Below are positions 9,905-20,040 of a DNA stretch of 64,000 nucleotides, in pieces. This DNA is from Verrucomicrobiia bacterium. GTDB taxonomy: Bacteria > Verrucomicrobiota > Verrucomicrobiia > Limisphaerales > UBA1319. A model generated the notes under the pieces. The model saw nothing but the letters and a program-made list of their open reading frames with translations. It made no database searches and was not told where the DNA came from. The position numbers and the translations under genes were made by a program. The stretch covers positions 5,056,001 through 5,120,000 of the forward strand of contig OY760937.1 of the NCBI GenBank assembly GCA_963664225.1. Direction: 5' to 3'. Every line of letters starts with the position of its first letter. Position 1 is the first letter of the stretch.

Positions 9905-12316
9905 ATGAACGGCACATCCAGATTTAGATTCGGCGCAGCGGCGTGCGCATTATTGATTGCGGCCTCAACGTTTGCCGCCGACGATGCGCGGATCATCGTG
10001 CAGGCGGATCATCCCGGTCATCGGATTGCGCCCACGTTGTGGGGCATCTTTTTCGAGGACATCAACCACTCCGCCGATGGCGGGATTTATCCGGAGTTGG
10101 TGCGCAACCGTTCGTTTGAAGACTCGGAAAAACCGGAGCGCTGGTCCCTGGAAACGACCGGATCGACGAAGGGCGAAATTGCAATCGACGACACCAAGCC
10201 GTTGAATCCCATGAACCGGCGCAGCCTGCGTTTGAAAATAACGGAGGCCGGTGACGGCAAGGCGTGCCTGATCAACGAAGGTTTTTGGGGGATGAATATT
10301 GAGAAGGGGGCTCAATATCACTTCACGCTTGAGGCTCGATGCGCAGATGGTTTTAAAGGCCCTCTCGTCGTGAAGGTGGAGGGCAAAGAGGGTCAGACAT
10401 TGGCCGAGAAAAACATCGAAGGATTAGACGAAAAATGGAAATCAGAGGCGTTCGATTTCACGGCGTCGGACACGGATCCGAAGGCGCGCCTCGTGATCAG
10501 CGCCATAGGACAAGGCACCGTGTGGTTCGATATGGTTTCATTGATGCCCAAGGCGACATGGAAGAATCACGGATTGCGTCCTGACCTGGCGGAAATGCTG
10601 GTGGGGTTAAAACCCGCCTTTGTGCGATTTCCGGGTGGTTGCTGGGTCGAGGGCAATGAATTGAAAACGTCCTATCGCTGGAAGGAAACCATCGGCTACA
10701 TCTCCCACCGCAAACCGCTTTGGAATATCTGGGCCTACTACGCGACGCATGGTCTGGGCTATCTCGAATATCTGATGATGTGCGAGGACCTGGGGGCCGA
10801 ACCTTTGTTTGTCATCAACTGCGGGATGTCCCATCAGGAAAACGTGCCGATGGATCAGATGGGGCCGCTGGTTCAGGACGCGCTCGATGCCATCGAATAT
10901 GCCAATGGACCCGTGACCAGCGTCTGGGGCGGTCTGCGCGCCAAACATGGTCATCCGGCGCCGTTTAATCTCAAATACATGGAGATTGGCAATGAAAATG
11001 GCGGACCCGCCTATCTTGAACGGTATGCGCTCATGGTCCAGGCCATTCAAAAGTCATATCCGGAGATGCATCTTGTGGCCAATGACTGGGGTGGCATTCC
11101 CACAGGCAGCCCTGTTGAAATCATCGATGAGCATTACTATTCCACACCGGACTTTTTCATCCAGCAGGCCGGAAAATATGATCGCTATGATCGCAAAGGG
11201 CCCAAGGTTTATGTGGGCGAATACGCGGTGACGCAAAACGGGGGGCAGGGGAACCTGCGGGCGGCGGTGGGCGAGGCGGCGTTCATGACCGGCATGGAGC
11301 GCAATTCGGATGTGGTGGTCATGTCCTCCTACGCGCCCCTGTTCGTGAACGTCAATTATAAGAAATGGAATCCGGACTTGATCAACTACGACAGTTCCCG
11401 TGTTTACGGCATTCCCTCCTATTACGTGCAGAAGATGTTTGCGGAAAATCGCGGTGACGTCGTTCTGCCTGCTTCCATTGAATTCACGAGCGAAGCCAGA
11501 CCGGAAGCGCATCCGGGCAGGATCGGCGTGGGTACATGGCTGACGCAGGCGGAATACAAGGACATCAAGGTGACGCATGGCGATCAGGTGCTTTTCGAAA
11601 GTGATTTTGCCAAAGGCGCAGAGGGCTGGAACGCCGTGCGTGGAGATTGGAAGGCGGTGGATGGGGCTTATCGACAATCGTCAGAAAAGGAGAATCTTAT
11701 CGCCACGGCGGGCGACGCCTCCTGGACCGATTACACCTACACACTCAAGGCGCGCAAGTTGAGCGGGGCCGAGGGTTTTCTCGTCATGTTCCAGGTTAAA
11801 GACGACCAGAACTGGGTGTGGTGGAATATCGGCGGTTGGGGGAATCGCCAGCACGGGATTGAGCGCAGTGAGGCAGGAGGGAAATCCGGCATGGGATCAC
11901 AGGTGCCCGGTTCCATCGAGACCGGCAAATGGTATGACGTGCGCGTGGAGATCAAGGGAAACAACGTGAAATGCTTCCTGGATGGAAAACTGATTCACGA
12001 TGTGGCGTATCAAAAATCGCAGTCCCTGCATGTGTCCGCGAGCCAGGCCTTGCAGTCCAATGAGATCATCCTGAAGGTGGTCAATTCCTCAAGTGAAGCG
12101 CAGAGCGTGGGCATTCAATTGAGAGGGGCCTCGAAGCTGGACGCTGAAGGTCAGGTGGTCATGCTCACCTCTGAAAAGCCCGAGGACGAGAACAGCATCG
12201 CAGAACCGACCAAAGTGGCTCCAGTCCAGAAAAAGTTTGCCTGTCCCGGGCCTGATTTCTCCCATGTGTTTCCAGGCAATTCTGTGAGTGTCCTGCGCCT
12301 GAAAATGGATAAGTAG
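9905..12316 (+). CDS. Secreted alpha-L-arabinofuranosidase (GH51) with CBM4/9-like and LamG-like inserts
   Basis: Signal peptide; GIFFEDINH..DGG, RFPGGC, EIGNEN (acid/base), DEHYY, VYVGEYA (nucleophile), GMERNSDVV..SYAPL. Confidence 0.93.
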   Translation: MNGTSRFRFGAAACALLIAASTFAADDARIIVQADHPGHRIAPTLWGIFFEDINHSADGGIYPELVRNRSFEDSEKPERWSLETTGSTKGEIAIDDTKPLNPMNRRSLRLKITEAGDGKACLINEGFWGMNIEKGAQYHFTLEARCADGFKGPLVVKVEGKEGQTLAEKNIEGLDEKWKSEAFDFTASDTDPKARLVISAIGQGTVWFDMVSLMPKATWKNHGLRPDLAEMLVGLKPAFVRFPGGCWVEGNELKTSYRWKETIGYISHRKPLWNIWAYYATHGLGYLEYLMMCEDLGAEPLFVINCGMSHQENVPMDQMGPLVQDALDAIEYANGPVTSVWGGLRAKHGHPAPFNLKYMEIGNENGGPAYLERYALMVQAIQKSYPEMHLVANDWGGIPTGSPVEIIDEHYYSTPDFFIQQAGKYDRYDRKGPKVYVGEYAVTQNGGQGNLRAAVGEAAFMTGMERNSDVVVMSSYAPLFVNVNYKKWNPDLINYDSSRVYGIPSYYVQKMFAENRGDVVLPASIEFTSEARPEAHPGRIGVGTWLTQAEYKDIKVTHGDQVLFESDFAKGAEGWNAVRGDWKAVDGAYRQSSEKENLIATAGDASWTDYTYTLKARKLSGAEGFLVMFQVKDDQNWVWWNIGGWGNRQHGIERSEAGGKSGMGSQVPGSIETGKWYDVRVEIKGNNVKCFLDGKLIHDVAYQKSQSLHVSASQALQSNEIILKVVNSSSEAQSVGIQLRGASKLDAEGQVVMLTSEKPEDENSIAEPTKVAPVQKKFACPGPDFSHVFPGNSVSVLRLKMDK

Positions 12317-12364
12317 GAACCGATCTTTCTGACGATAATTCGCAGGACGACAGTGTTTTGGCAT

Positions 12365-12405
12365 AACAGAGGGTTGTTTCAAAAACAGCCCTCTGTTTTG
12401 TTTTT
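12365..12405 (+). terminator. Rho-independent terminator of the arabinose uptake operon
   Basis: AACAGAGGGTTGTTT-caa-AAACAGCCCTCTGTT followed by TTGTTTTT. Confidence 0.85.
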
Positions 12406-12512
12406 AATAGGGAGCTTTCCAACAACAAGTTGCAGCCTTCTCATTTCTTGTCATGGATACATTTTGGGTGCAACATGGCGCGACAAAATCAACGGGCACT
12501 CCACGACATAAC

Positions 12513-15500
12513 ATGAAAACATTGCGCTATTTGCCATCCGTCATCGTGGCCTTATGGGCCAGTTTCAATCTGTTCGCGCAACAGGGAAACATGATCGGGC
12601 GGCAAAGTCAGAATGTGGGGATGCCGGTGACGCCCGCGCCGGGCAGGATCAACATCGACGGCGATTTGAGCGATTGGGATTGGTCGGGTCGCATCTGGGT
12701 CTTTGCGGACACGGCCGTTAGGAGCCGTTATTCGGTGGAGGCGGCGGCGATGTGGGATGCGGATCATCTCTATCTGGCCGCGAAATGGAAGGATCCCACG
12801 CCGATGTATAACACCATCGATCCGGTGGCGGATCCCAGCATGGGTTGGAAAAGCGATTCGTGGCAAATCCGGGTGCGCTCCGGGGATTTGGTATCGCATT
12901 TCACAACCTGGTTTTATACCCCCAACGAGACGCCCGTTTTACAGATTTCCTATGGAAAGTCTGCGAATGAGGCCTACGGCGGCGCGTCGATGCTGCTTAC
13001 CGGGAGTAAAGGCGTGTCGGCCCTGAAAATATTAAATACGGATGAAAAGCCCGGCCAGAAGCTGCCAAGTCGTCCCGCGCCGGGTGAAGCAGCCATGGCC
13101 TACCGGGCCGACGCGGACGGCAAGGGTTACGTTCAGGAATTGCGGATCCCATGGAAACTCCTGTTTCAGCAGGTTCCAGCCATCAAAGCGGGAATGCACC
13201 TTCAGATCGGCAACGAATTTCTATGGGGCGACCCTTCCGGCAAGACCTGGCCGGTGCATCGTTATGCCGACAACATGCAGGAGGGACAAACCACGCGGCA
13301 GTTTTACTGGGAAGCTTTTCGCGTTTGGGGAAATGCCGATCTGCTCGATCATGGCCATGTCCCAGTGAGAGAGTATGTGGCCCAGGGAGCGCGTCCTGCG
13401 GGCGTGGTTCCAATCCGGGTGGTTCTTCCGAAACAGGCCGCACGGCTCACACTGGCGATTGAGAATGAAAAAGGGACGCGCATTCGCGCGCTCGCGGGCG
13501 ATATCGATCCGCTGGATTTCAAGGTTTCCGAAACGGCGACGAACAGAACGGTGGAAGTGCTGTGGGATTGCCTGGATGATTTTGGGCGCATGGCCGCTCC
13601 GGGCGCCTACCGTGTGCTTGGTTTGTGGCATGAGGGCATTGGGGCCGAGTATGACATGAGCTATTACAGTCCCGGAACGCCACCCTGGGAAACCAAGGAC
13701 GGCACGGGCGGTTGGGGCGCCGACCATAGCGCGCCGTTTGCGGTGGCGGCCTGCGGGGACTGGGTGGCCCTGGGTTGGGCGGGCGCCGAGGGGGGCAGCG
13801 GCATCCTGACCCTGGGGCCGGATGGTAAAAAGAAATGGGGAGACAAACGCGGCAGCACGGCTCTGGCGATGGACGCGCGTTACGTGTATGGCTTTGCGGG
13901 TGATATCTGGACCGGGAAAGCGGGGATTTCGCGGTTTGGAAAAACGGATGGTTCCTACCAGTATTTCGTCGTCGATGGCAAACCGCGTCCGACCTTCGAA
14001 GTGGCGCTGGCGGATATTTTTGGCGGAGTCACAAACGTTCCCGGCAACGTGACCGGTCTGGCTGTGACCGGCAGCCGATTGGTGCTCGCGTTGAGCGGAA
14101 AAGACAAAGGGGCATTGGCGATTCTGGATGCGAATTCCGCGGTGCTGATCAAAACGATTTCCACGTCCAAGGCCACTGGGATTGCCGCGGGCCGCGATGG
14201 CCGTTGTTACGCCATTCTGGATGGGAAGATAGTTGCGGTGAATCTGGATTCGGGCGCTTTTGCGGAAATCCCCACACCGGGACTGGCCCTGGCGCGCGCC
14301 ATCAACGTGGACGAAGCGGGCAACATTGTGGCGCTGGATTGCGGACCGGACTCGCAGGCCAAGGCTTATTCCCCGGAGGGGAAACTGGTTTACACCTGCG
14401 GAAGACGTGGTGGACGCCCGCTCAGCGGTCTGTTCGATGAACAGGCCATGATGCGCATGAGCAGTCTTGCAGTGGACGGACACGGACAGGTGTGGGTGGT
14501 CGAAAACTGGGATTGCCCGCGCCGGGTTTCCGTTTGGGGCCGCGATGGCAAATTGGCAAAGGATTACATTGGCAACACGACTTACGCGGCGGGTGGAAGC
14601 TATTTGCACGATGAGGATCCGACGCTGGCTTACTGGGGGCCGGTGGAACTGAAGCTGGACCGGAAGACTCTTACGTCAAAAGTGACACAAATCCTCTGGG
14701 TGGCCGACGAGTCAAAAGGCGAGGTGTTCAGTCTGACGACCACGGGAGAGCCCAATCCCAAAATCATCACCTCATCGGCGAGTGGCAAGAAGATTACCTA
14801 CCTTTATGCCGTGGGCGATCCTTATAACGAGGGCAAGAAATCCCACGTGGTTTATATGCCGCGCAATGGGCGCTGGCAGCCGGTGGCGGCGGTGTTAAAG
14901 GATCGTTTCTGGAACGACACGAACCATGACGCCCAGATGCAGCCGGGTGAGATTACACCCGGTGGCGGTCCGGTGGGCGGCTGGTGGGGAACGATGATTG
15001 GCAGGGACCTTTCCATCTATACCGATGGCGTCATGCGCTATAAGCCCATTGGATTTACAGACGACGGCGCGCCCATTTACGGTCCGGCAGGCATGAAAAA
15101 ACTGGCCGATGACAAGGGCGAGTTCTTGCCCATCGACGACGCGGGCGAAGTCGTGGTTTCGAGCAGCTCCGGTTACGGGGCATTAAGCTACATTCGGGCT
15201 TTGGATATCCAAACCGGTCGGGAACTCTGGCGGTATCCTGCGCCTTACTACGGTGTGCATGGTTCCCATAACGCGCCGATGCCCAAGCCGGGGGTGATCA
15301 GCGGGGCATTGAAATTATTGGGCGCCGCCAAAGTGAGCGATGAAGTGGGAAGCGTATTCGTCCATCGCAATAACATCGGACAGGACCATTTTTTCACGCA
15401 GGACGGCTTGTATGTGGGCGCGTTGTTCATGGACGCCCGCATGCCCGCCGATCCACTGCCGGAGAAAGAGACACCCGGTTATCCACTGGACAATACGACA

Positions 15501-16400
15501 TTGGGCGAGGAGCCGTTCAATGGGTGGTTCGGAAAGCAGGCGGACGGCAAATACCGGCTGCTGCGCTCCGGGGGCCAGGCTGGAATGATCGTTGTCGTGA
15601 AGGGCTTGGAAACGCTGCACCGGTTTAAAGGGCCGGGATTCACAGTCGATGCCGGCACGCTGGTCAAGGCCGATGCGATGAACAGCGCGCTTGCCGACAA
15701 ACAATCCGCGCGCAAACGCGCCACGGTCAAGCACGTGGCCAAACCGCCCACGCTCGATGGCGGAAACAACGGTTGGGAGGCGGTTGCCGCCAATGGGATT
15801 GAGCGCGACGGTTTTCCTGAACGCGCCAGTGTGCGACTGGCTTACGATGCGACTCATTTGTACGTGGCCTTTGAAGTTAACGAGGCCTCCCCGTGGTTGA
15901 ACGAAGGAAAGGATTTTACGCGGTTGTTCAAGACCGGGGATGCCGTCGATGTGCAATTGAGCACCGATGCGGCGGCGGGAGCAGAGGTCGGACCAAGCCA
16001 TGTTCGCCTTCTGTTTTCCCAGCTCAATGGCCAGCCCGTTTGTGTGCTGATGAGGCCGGTGGACAAAACCGCGCCGAAGGAATTGGCCCATCTCTATCAT
16101 TCGCCCGTGGGGGATAAATCGTTCGATCGCGTGGCGGTTTTAACCAGCGCCGTGGTTCGTGTGAAAGTCGATGCCGACAAATATTTCCTGCAGGCGGCGG
16201 TGCCTTTGGACGCGCTCGGTTTGAATCCCCAATCCGGACTGGTCCTGCGCGGGGATCTCGGTTTTATTTCGTCCGATGCCGCGGGACGCATCAATGCCGC
16301 GCGCACCTATTGGTCCAATCAAGCCACCGGGCTGACCATGGACATGCCCTTGGAATCATGGCTGTATCCTGCGGCGTGGGGCGAGTTTGTCTTTGAATGA
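12513..16400 (+). CDS. Large secreted modular protein: CBM9-like + FlgD-Ig-like + beta-propeller + CBM9-like
   Basis: Signal peptide from ATG 12513 (MKTLRYL..). IDGDLSDW..AMWDADHLYLA and LDGG..W..LAYDATHLYVAFEV sugar-binding-like domains; VLWDCLDDFG...PGAY FlgD-Ig motif; NHL-like repeats. Confidence 0.7.
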   Translation: MKTLRYLPSVIVALWASFNLFAQQGNMIGRQSQNVGMPVTPAPGRINIDGDLSDWDWSGRIWVFADTAVRSRYSVEAAAMWDADHLYLAAKWKDPTPMYNTIDPVADPSMGWKSDSWQIRVRSGDLVSHFTTWFYTPNETPVLQISYGKSANEAYGGASMLLTGSKGVSALKILNTDEKPGQKLPSRPAPGEAAMAYRADADGKGYVQELRIPWKLLFQQVPAIKAGMHLQIGNEFLWGDPSGKTWPVHRYADNMQEGQTTRQFYWEAFRVWGNADLLDHGHVPVREYVAQGARPAGVVPIRVVLPKQAARLTLAIENEKGTRIRALAGDIDPLDFKVSETATNRTVEVLWDCLDDFGRMAAPGAYRVLGLWHEGIGAEYDMSYYSPGTPPWETKDGTGGWGADHSAPFAVAACGDWVALGWAGAEGGSGILTLGPDGKKKWGDKRGSTALAMDARYVYGFAGDIWTGKAGISRFGKTDGSYQYFVVDGKPRPTFEVALADIFGGVTNVPGNVTGLAVTGSRLVLALSGKDKGALAILDANSAVLIKTISTSKATGIAAGRDGRCYAILDGKIVAVNLDSGAFAEIPTPGLALARAINVDEAGNIVALDCGPDSQAKAYSPEGKLVYTCGRRGGRPLSGLFDEQAMMRMSSLAVDGHGQVWVVENWDCPRRVSVWGRDGKLAKDYIGNTTYAAGGSYLHDEDPTLAYWGPVELKLDRKTLTSKVTQILWVADESKGEVFSLTTTGEPNPKIITSSASGKKITYLYAVGDPYNEGKKSHVVYMPRNGRWQPVAAVLKDRFWNDTNHDAQMQPGEITPGGGPVGGWWGTMIGRDLSIYTDGVMRYKPIGFTDDGAPIYGPAGMKKLADDKGEFLPIDDAGEVVVSSSSGYGALSYIRALDIQTGRELWRYPAPYYGVHGSHNAPMPKPGVISGALKLLGAAKVSDEVGSVFVHRNNIGQDHFFTQDGLYVGALFMDARMPADPLPEKETPGYPLDNTTLGEEPFNGWFGKQADGKYRLLRSGGQAGMIVVVKGLETLHRFKGPGFTVDAGTLVKADAMNSALADKQSARKRATVKHVAKPPTLDGGNNGWEAVAANGIERDGFPERASVRLAYDATHLYVAFEVNEASPWLNEGKDFTRLFKTGDAVDVQLSTDAAAGAEVGPSHVRLLFSQLNGQPVCVLMRPVDKTAPKELAHLYHSPVGDKSFDRVAVLTSAVVRVKVDADKYFLQAAVPLDALGLNPQSGLVLRGDLGFISSDAAGRINAARTYWSNQATGLTMDMPLESWLYPAAWGEFVFE

Positions 16401-16437
16401 TCGGCGGCGGGTCGATCTGGATTGGTGGCGCTGTTTA

Positions 16438-17214
16438 TTAGAGAACCATGCCGCGAACGACGTCGATTTCGGGCCTGTGTCGGCCATGGTAGAGGGTGGT
16501 GCCTTCGACGTATTTGGCGGCACCGCATTGGGGCAGGTTGAACGCCTCCACCAGATCGCGATACCAATTGGGAAAGCGCCGTGTGAACTTGAGTTCCAGA
16601 ACCACCACGTCTTCGGTGCAGACAAAGGCGTTTTCGGTCTGGGTCGTATGAACCCACGTGTCCCGGCGCACGCAACGGATATTGCGGTCGAGCGTCAGGC
16701 GGACTTCATTGTTGAAATTGTTGACGTAGGCCTCGCGTTCGTAAGCGACCTGCATTTTGGGTCCGGCGTTTAATTCGAGCATCAAACGCTGAAAATCCTG
16801 GATGGATTGAAAATCCTCCGCGCATGGATTGATGAGTTGTTCGGGCCGCGGCATCTGTCCGGTGAGCAATTCTTCCACGGCGCCAGCCCGGACTCCGGCG
16901 CGCTGCTTGAGAATCACATCCTTCATCCGGCGTTTGATTTCGAAAAATACCGGAACTTTTTTGTTTTCCTTGTAGTAACGAATTCTGAGCTTGAAACGGT
17001 TTTTATCGCCATTGATGGTGCGGCGGTAAATCTTCCAGTCATCGGAATCGAGATAGAGGCTGTGAATGGGATAGGAATCATTGGGCTGGCCAATGGAAAA
17101 CTCATCCAATTCGAGATGCTGATGGACGAAATCGCGTATTTTGAGCGCGATTTTTGATGTGATGAGATATTTCAGCTCATACCGCGACGCCATCAATGTG
17201 TGGTCCTGGCTCAT
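16438..17214 (-). CDS. VTC-domain (polyphosphate polymerase, CYTH-like) protein
   Basis: RYELKY, SLYLDS, RFKLRIRYY, FFEIKR, YEREAY, RLTLD, VLELKF, AKY. Start probably ATG 17214 rather than TTG 17262. Confidence 0.88.
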   Translation of the reverse strand: MSQDHTLMASRYELKYLITSKIALKIRDFVHQHLELDEFSIGQPNDSYPIHSLYLDSDDWKIYRRTINGDKNRFKLRIRYYKENKKVPVFFEIKRRMKDVILKQRAGVRAGAVEELLTGQMPRPEQLINPCAEDFQSIQDFQRLMLELNAGPKMQVAYEREAYVNNFNNEVRLTLDRNIRCVRRDTWVHTTQTENAFVCTEDVVVLELKFTRRFPNWYRDLVEAFNLPQCGAAKYVEGTTLYHGRHRPEIDVVRGMVL

Positions 17215-17423
17215 GCAATAATTGTGGCGCACGATGCTGAGGACACCGTTTTCTGTCAACATGAAGCGCGCCTGAGTTTCGTGATGGCTTCATAAGGGGT
17301 GATCGAAATGGCAGCGACCGGGGATTGTTTCCGCCACTTGGGAATCGCGCCAAAACGCGTTCATTGGACCGGTGGACACGATGCTTGTTTTTTTGCGCAA
17401 GCCGTCTAAAGTAGGGTTGAGAT

Positions 17424-17876
17424 ATGAAAAGAGATGTTGTGCCAGTCGATATAAAGGGCATTTTGCCGTCCAACAGTGGTTGCGCCATCTTCTTAGGAAA
17501 TGCACGGAAAGTATTTGTCATACAGGTTGAGCACAACATGGGCGCGGTGATCGGGATGTTTCTCCGTGACACGCCCAAGGAGCGCCCGTTGACCCACGAT
17601 TTGATCGCCAGCATCTTCACCGGCTTTGGAATTGGCGTGGAACGGGTGATTATCACGGAGCTTAAGAATTCCACTTATTTTGCCCGGCTGATTCTCCAGC
17701 AGCAAAACGAGCTGGGCCGGAAGATTGTCGAGATCGACGCCCGCCCCAGCGACTGCCTGGCGATCGCCACATCCCAAAAGAAACCCATCTTCGTTGCGAC
17801 GAGCTTGTTTGAGCAAGTGGAGGACATGTCCGAGGTGCTGGACCGCATCAATGAGAACGGCGGACAACCCGAATAA
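17424..17876 (+). CDS. Bifunctional nuclease family protein (DUF151)
   Basis: RPLTHDL and EIDARPSDCLAIA motifs. Confidence 0.92.
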   Translation: MKRDVVPVDIKGILPSNSGCAIFLGNARKVFVIQVEHNMGAVIGMFLRDTPKERPLTHDLIASIFTGFGIGVERVIITELKNSTYFARLILQQQNELGRKIVEIDARPSDCLAIATSQKKPIFVATSLFEQVEDMSEVLDRINENGGQPE

Positions 17877-17879
17877 TTC

Positions 17880-19007
17880 ATGGGTGCTTCGACCGTCAAT
17901 ATCGCGGACTCCCTCGCGTTGATCTGGGGCGAGGATGAATTTTCAGTCAAGAGCCGGGCGCGCCAACTATTCGACGAGTGGAAATCCGGGGGAGCGGACA
18001 CTGAAATCATCGATGGCTCCGTGACCAACAGCGGGGATGCGCTGCGTTCGATCGCGCGGTTGCGTGAGGCTCTGCAAACGCTTCCGTTTTTTGGCAGCGG
18101 CGGGAAGGTGGTGTGGTGGCGGCAGTTGAATTTTCTGGGCGAAGAACGGGCGGCGGCCACCAAGGCCGTGACCGATGCCCTGACGGAACTGGGACGCGAA
18201 CTGGCCGCGTTTTCATGGCAGGGTGTGAGGCTGATCATCAGCGCGGGGAAAGTGGACCGGGTGCGGTCTTTTTACAAGACCCTGGACAAGGTGGCCCGAG
18301 TCGAGGGATTCCCCGAGTTAACGACCGAGGACCGGGACTGGGTTCACAAGGCGGAGACCTTTGCCCTCAAAGAATTTAAAACCCTCAATAAAGAGATCGA
18401 ACCCGAGGCCCTCGATCAGTTTATCGCCTGGGTGGGACCCAATATTCGCCAGCTCAGAAACGAAATTGAAAAGTTGGCGCTTTATGCCGCCGACCGTCCA
18501 TCGATTTGCATTGGGGATATCGAGGCCATTGTCACCCGGCAGAAACAAAGTCAGGCGTTCGCGCTCGCCGAGGCCTTGGGGGAGCGGAGGCTGCCGCAAT
18601 TGCTCAAGACACTGGATGAAGCCCTTTGGGAGATGAAGTTCGACAGCCAGAAGTCGGCCATCGGCATTCTCTATGGCCTGATCAGCAAGGTGCGGATTTT
18701 GCTTTTTCTCAAGGAGATGACGCGCCTGGGGTTTCTCAAGCCAACGCAGAGCATGTCTGCGCTGCGCGAGCAGATCGAAAAGGTGCCAACGGATCTTCTG
18801 CCGGCCGACAAGCGTTTCAATCCGCTCTCAATGCATCCCTACATGCTTTTCAAGGCGCTGCCGCAAATCAAGAATTATTCGACGGTGGAGCTGATTCAGG
18901 CGATGGAGCGGTTGCTGGAGTGCAATCAGCGTTTGATTTCGACCAGCACCGACGAAGCAGTGGTGCTGCAGCAAACGTTGATCGCCATCGCGTCGAAGGA
19001 AAGCTGA
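17880..19007 (+). CDS. holA: DNA polymerase III delta subunit
   Basis: LIWGEDEF, TLPFFG, LRNEIEKLALY, FALAEAL, HPY. Confidence 0.85.
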   Translation: MGASTVNIADSLALIWGEDEFSVKSRARQLFDEWKSGGADTEIIDGSVTNSGDALRSIARLREALQTLPFFGSGGKVVWWRQLNFLGEERAAATKAVTDALTELGRELAAFSWQGVRLIISAGKVDRVRSFYKTLDKVARVEGFPELTTEDRDWVHKAETFALKEFKTLNKEIEPEALDQFIAWVGPNIRQLRNEIEKLALYAADRPSICIGDIEAIVTRQKQSQAFALAEALGERRLPQLLKTLDEALWEMKFDSQKSAIGILYGLISKVRILLFLKEMTRLGFLKPTQSMSALREQIEKVPTDLLPADKRFNPLSMHPYMLFKALPQIKNYSTVELIQAMERLLECNQRLISTSTDEAVVLQQTLIAIASKES

Positions 19008-19061
19008 ATTCAAGCAGTATCCGTTTTGACATTGTTGTCGAAGGGGGGCAGCATTTTGCCC

Positions 19062-20030
19062 ATGAACACTCCATTGAAATCGGGCAGTCGCCGCGCGTTT
19101 CTTCGTGATGCCACCTTGCTTGCCGCTTCCGCGTATTCCCTGTCCACATGGGCCGCGGAAGGTATTCCGTCGCCAAAACGCAAAATGACCCTTTGCTTGT
19201 CGCCGGGTTCCATTGGTGTTTCTGGCAATCAGATGCAAACCATCGAGCTGGCAATCCGGCATGGATTCGAATCGATTGAGCCACAAGGGGAATATTTGGC
19301 CGGTTTATCCGCGGACAAATTGGCGGAGGTGCTGGCGGCGATGAAGAAGGGCGGGCTTGTTTTTGGCGCGGCGGGTTTGTCCGTGGAGTTTCGTCAAAGC
19401 GAGGATAAATTCGCCGAAGGCCTGAAGCAATTGCCAGAGCTTGCAGCGGGACTGAAACGGGCCGGAGTCAATCGCGTGGGCACATGGCTGATGTCGGGGC
19501 ATTCCACGCTGACGTATATCGAAAACTTCCGTCAACACGCGCGGCGTCTGCGGTCCGTTGCGCAGGTACTCAAGGACCAGGATATCCGGCTGGGGATGGA
19601 ATACGTGGGCACCAAAACCATCTGGACCCGCCAACGGTATCCCTTCATTCATACCCTGAAGGAAATGCGCGATCTGATGGCGGAGATCGGGACCGGGAAT
19701 ACAGGATTGGTCGTGGATTGCTGGCATTGGTGGCAGGCCGAAGACACCGTGGCGGAATTGCTTGCATTGAAGAACGAGGAGGTCATTTCGGTGGATCTCA
19801 ACGACGCGCCCAGCGGCGTGGCCAAGGACCAGCAAGTGGATGGACGCCGCGAACTGCCATGCGCCACAGGAATCATCGATGTCGGCGCCTTTTTGAAGGC
19901 GTTGAACCAGATCGGCTATGACGGTCCGGTCCGGGTTGAGCCTTTTAATAAACCGCTCAACGATCTGGAGAATGAACCCGCGTGCGCGGCAACCATTGTG
20001 GCTCTGAAGAAGGCGATTGCTTTAATATAA
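19062..20030 (+). CDS. Tat-exported sugar phosphate isomerase/epimerase family protein
   Basis: SRRAFLR twin-Arg signal; LGMEYVG, GLVVDCWHW, VDLNDA, GIID, IGYDGPVRVE. Confidence 0.85.
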   Translation: MNTPLKSGSRRAFLRDATLLAASAYSLSTWAAEGIPSPKRKMTLCLSPGSIGVSGNQMQTIELAIRHGFESIEPQGEYLAGLSADKLAEVLAAMKKGGLVFGAAGLSVEFRQSEDKFAEGLKQLPELAAGLKRAGVNRVGTWLMSGHSTLTYIENFRQHARRLRSVAQVLKDQDIRLGMEYVGTKTIWTRQRYPFIHTLKEMRDLMAEIGTGNTGLVVDCWHWWQAEDTVAELLALKNEEVISVDLNDAPSGVAKDQQVDGRRELPCATGIIDVGAFLKALNQIGYDGPVRVEPFNKPLNDLENEPACAATIVALKKAIALI

Positions 20031-20040
20031 ACCCGGCTTT

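Noticed and set aside
13221..14609. 462-aa minus-strand ORF
   Set aside because: Lies wholly antisense to the 12513-16400 gene; long shadow ORFs are expected at this GC content.
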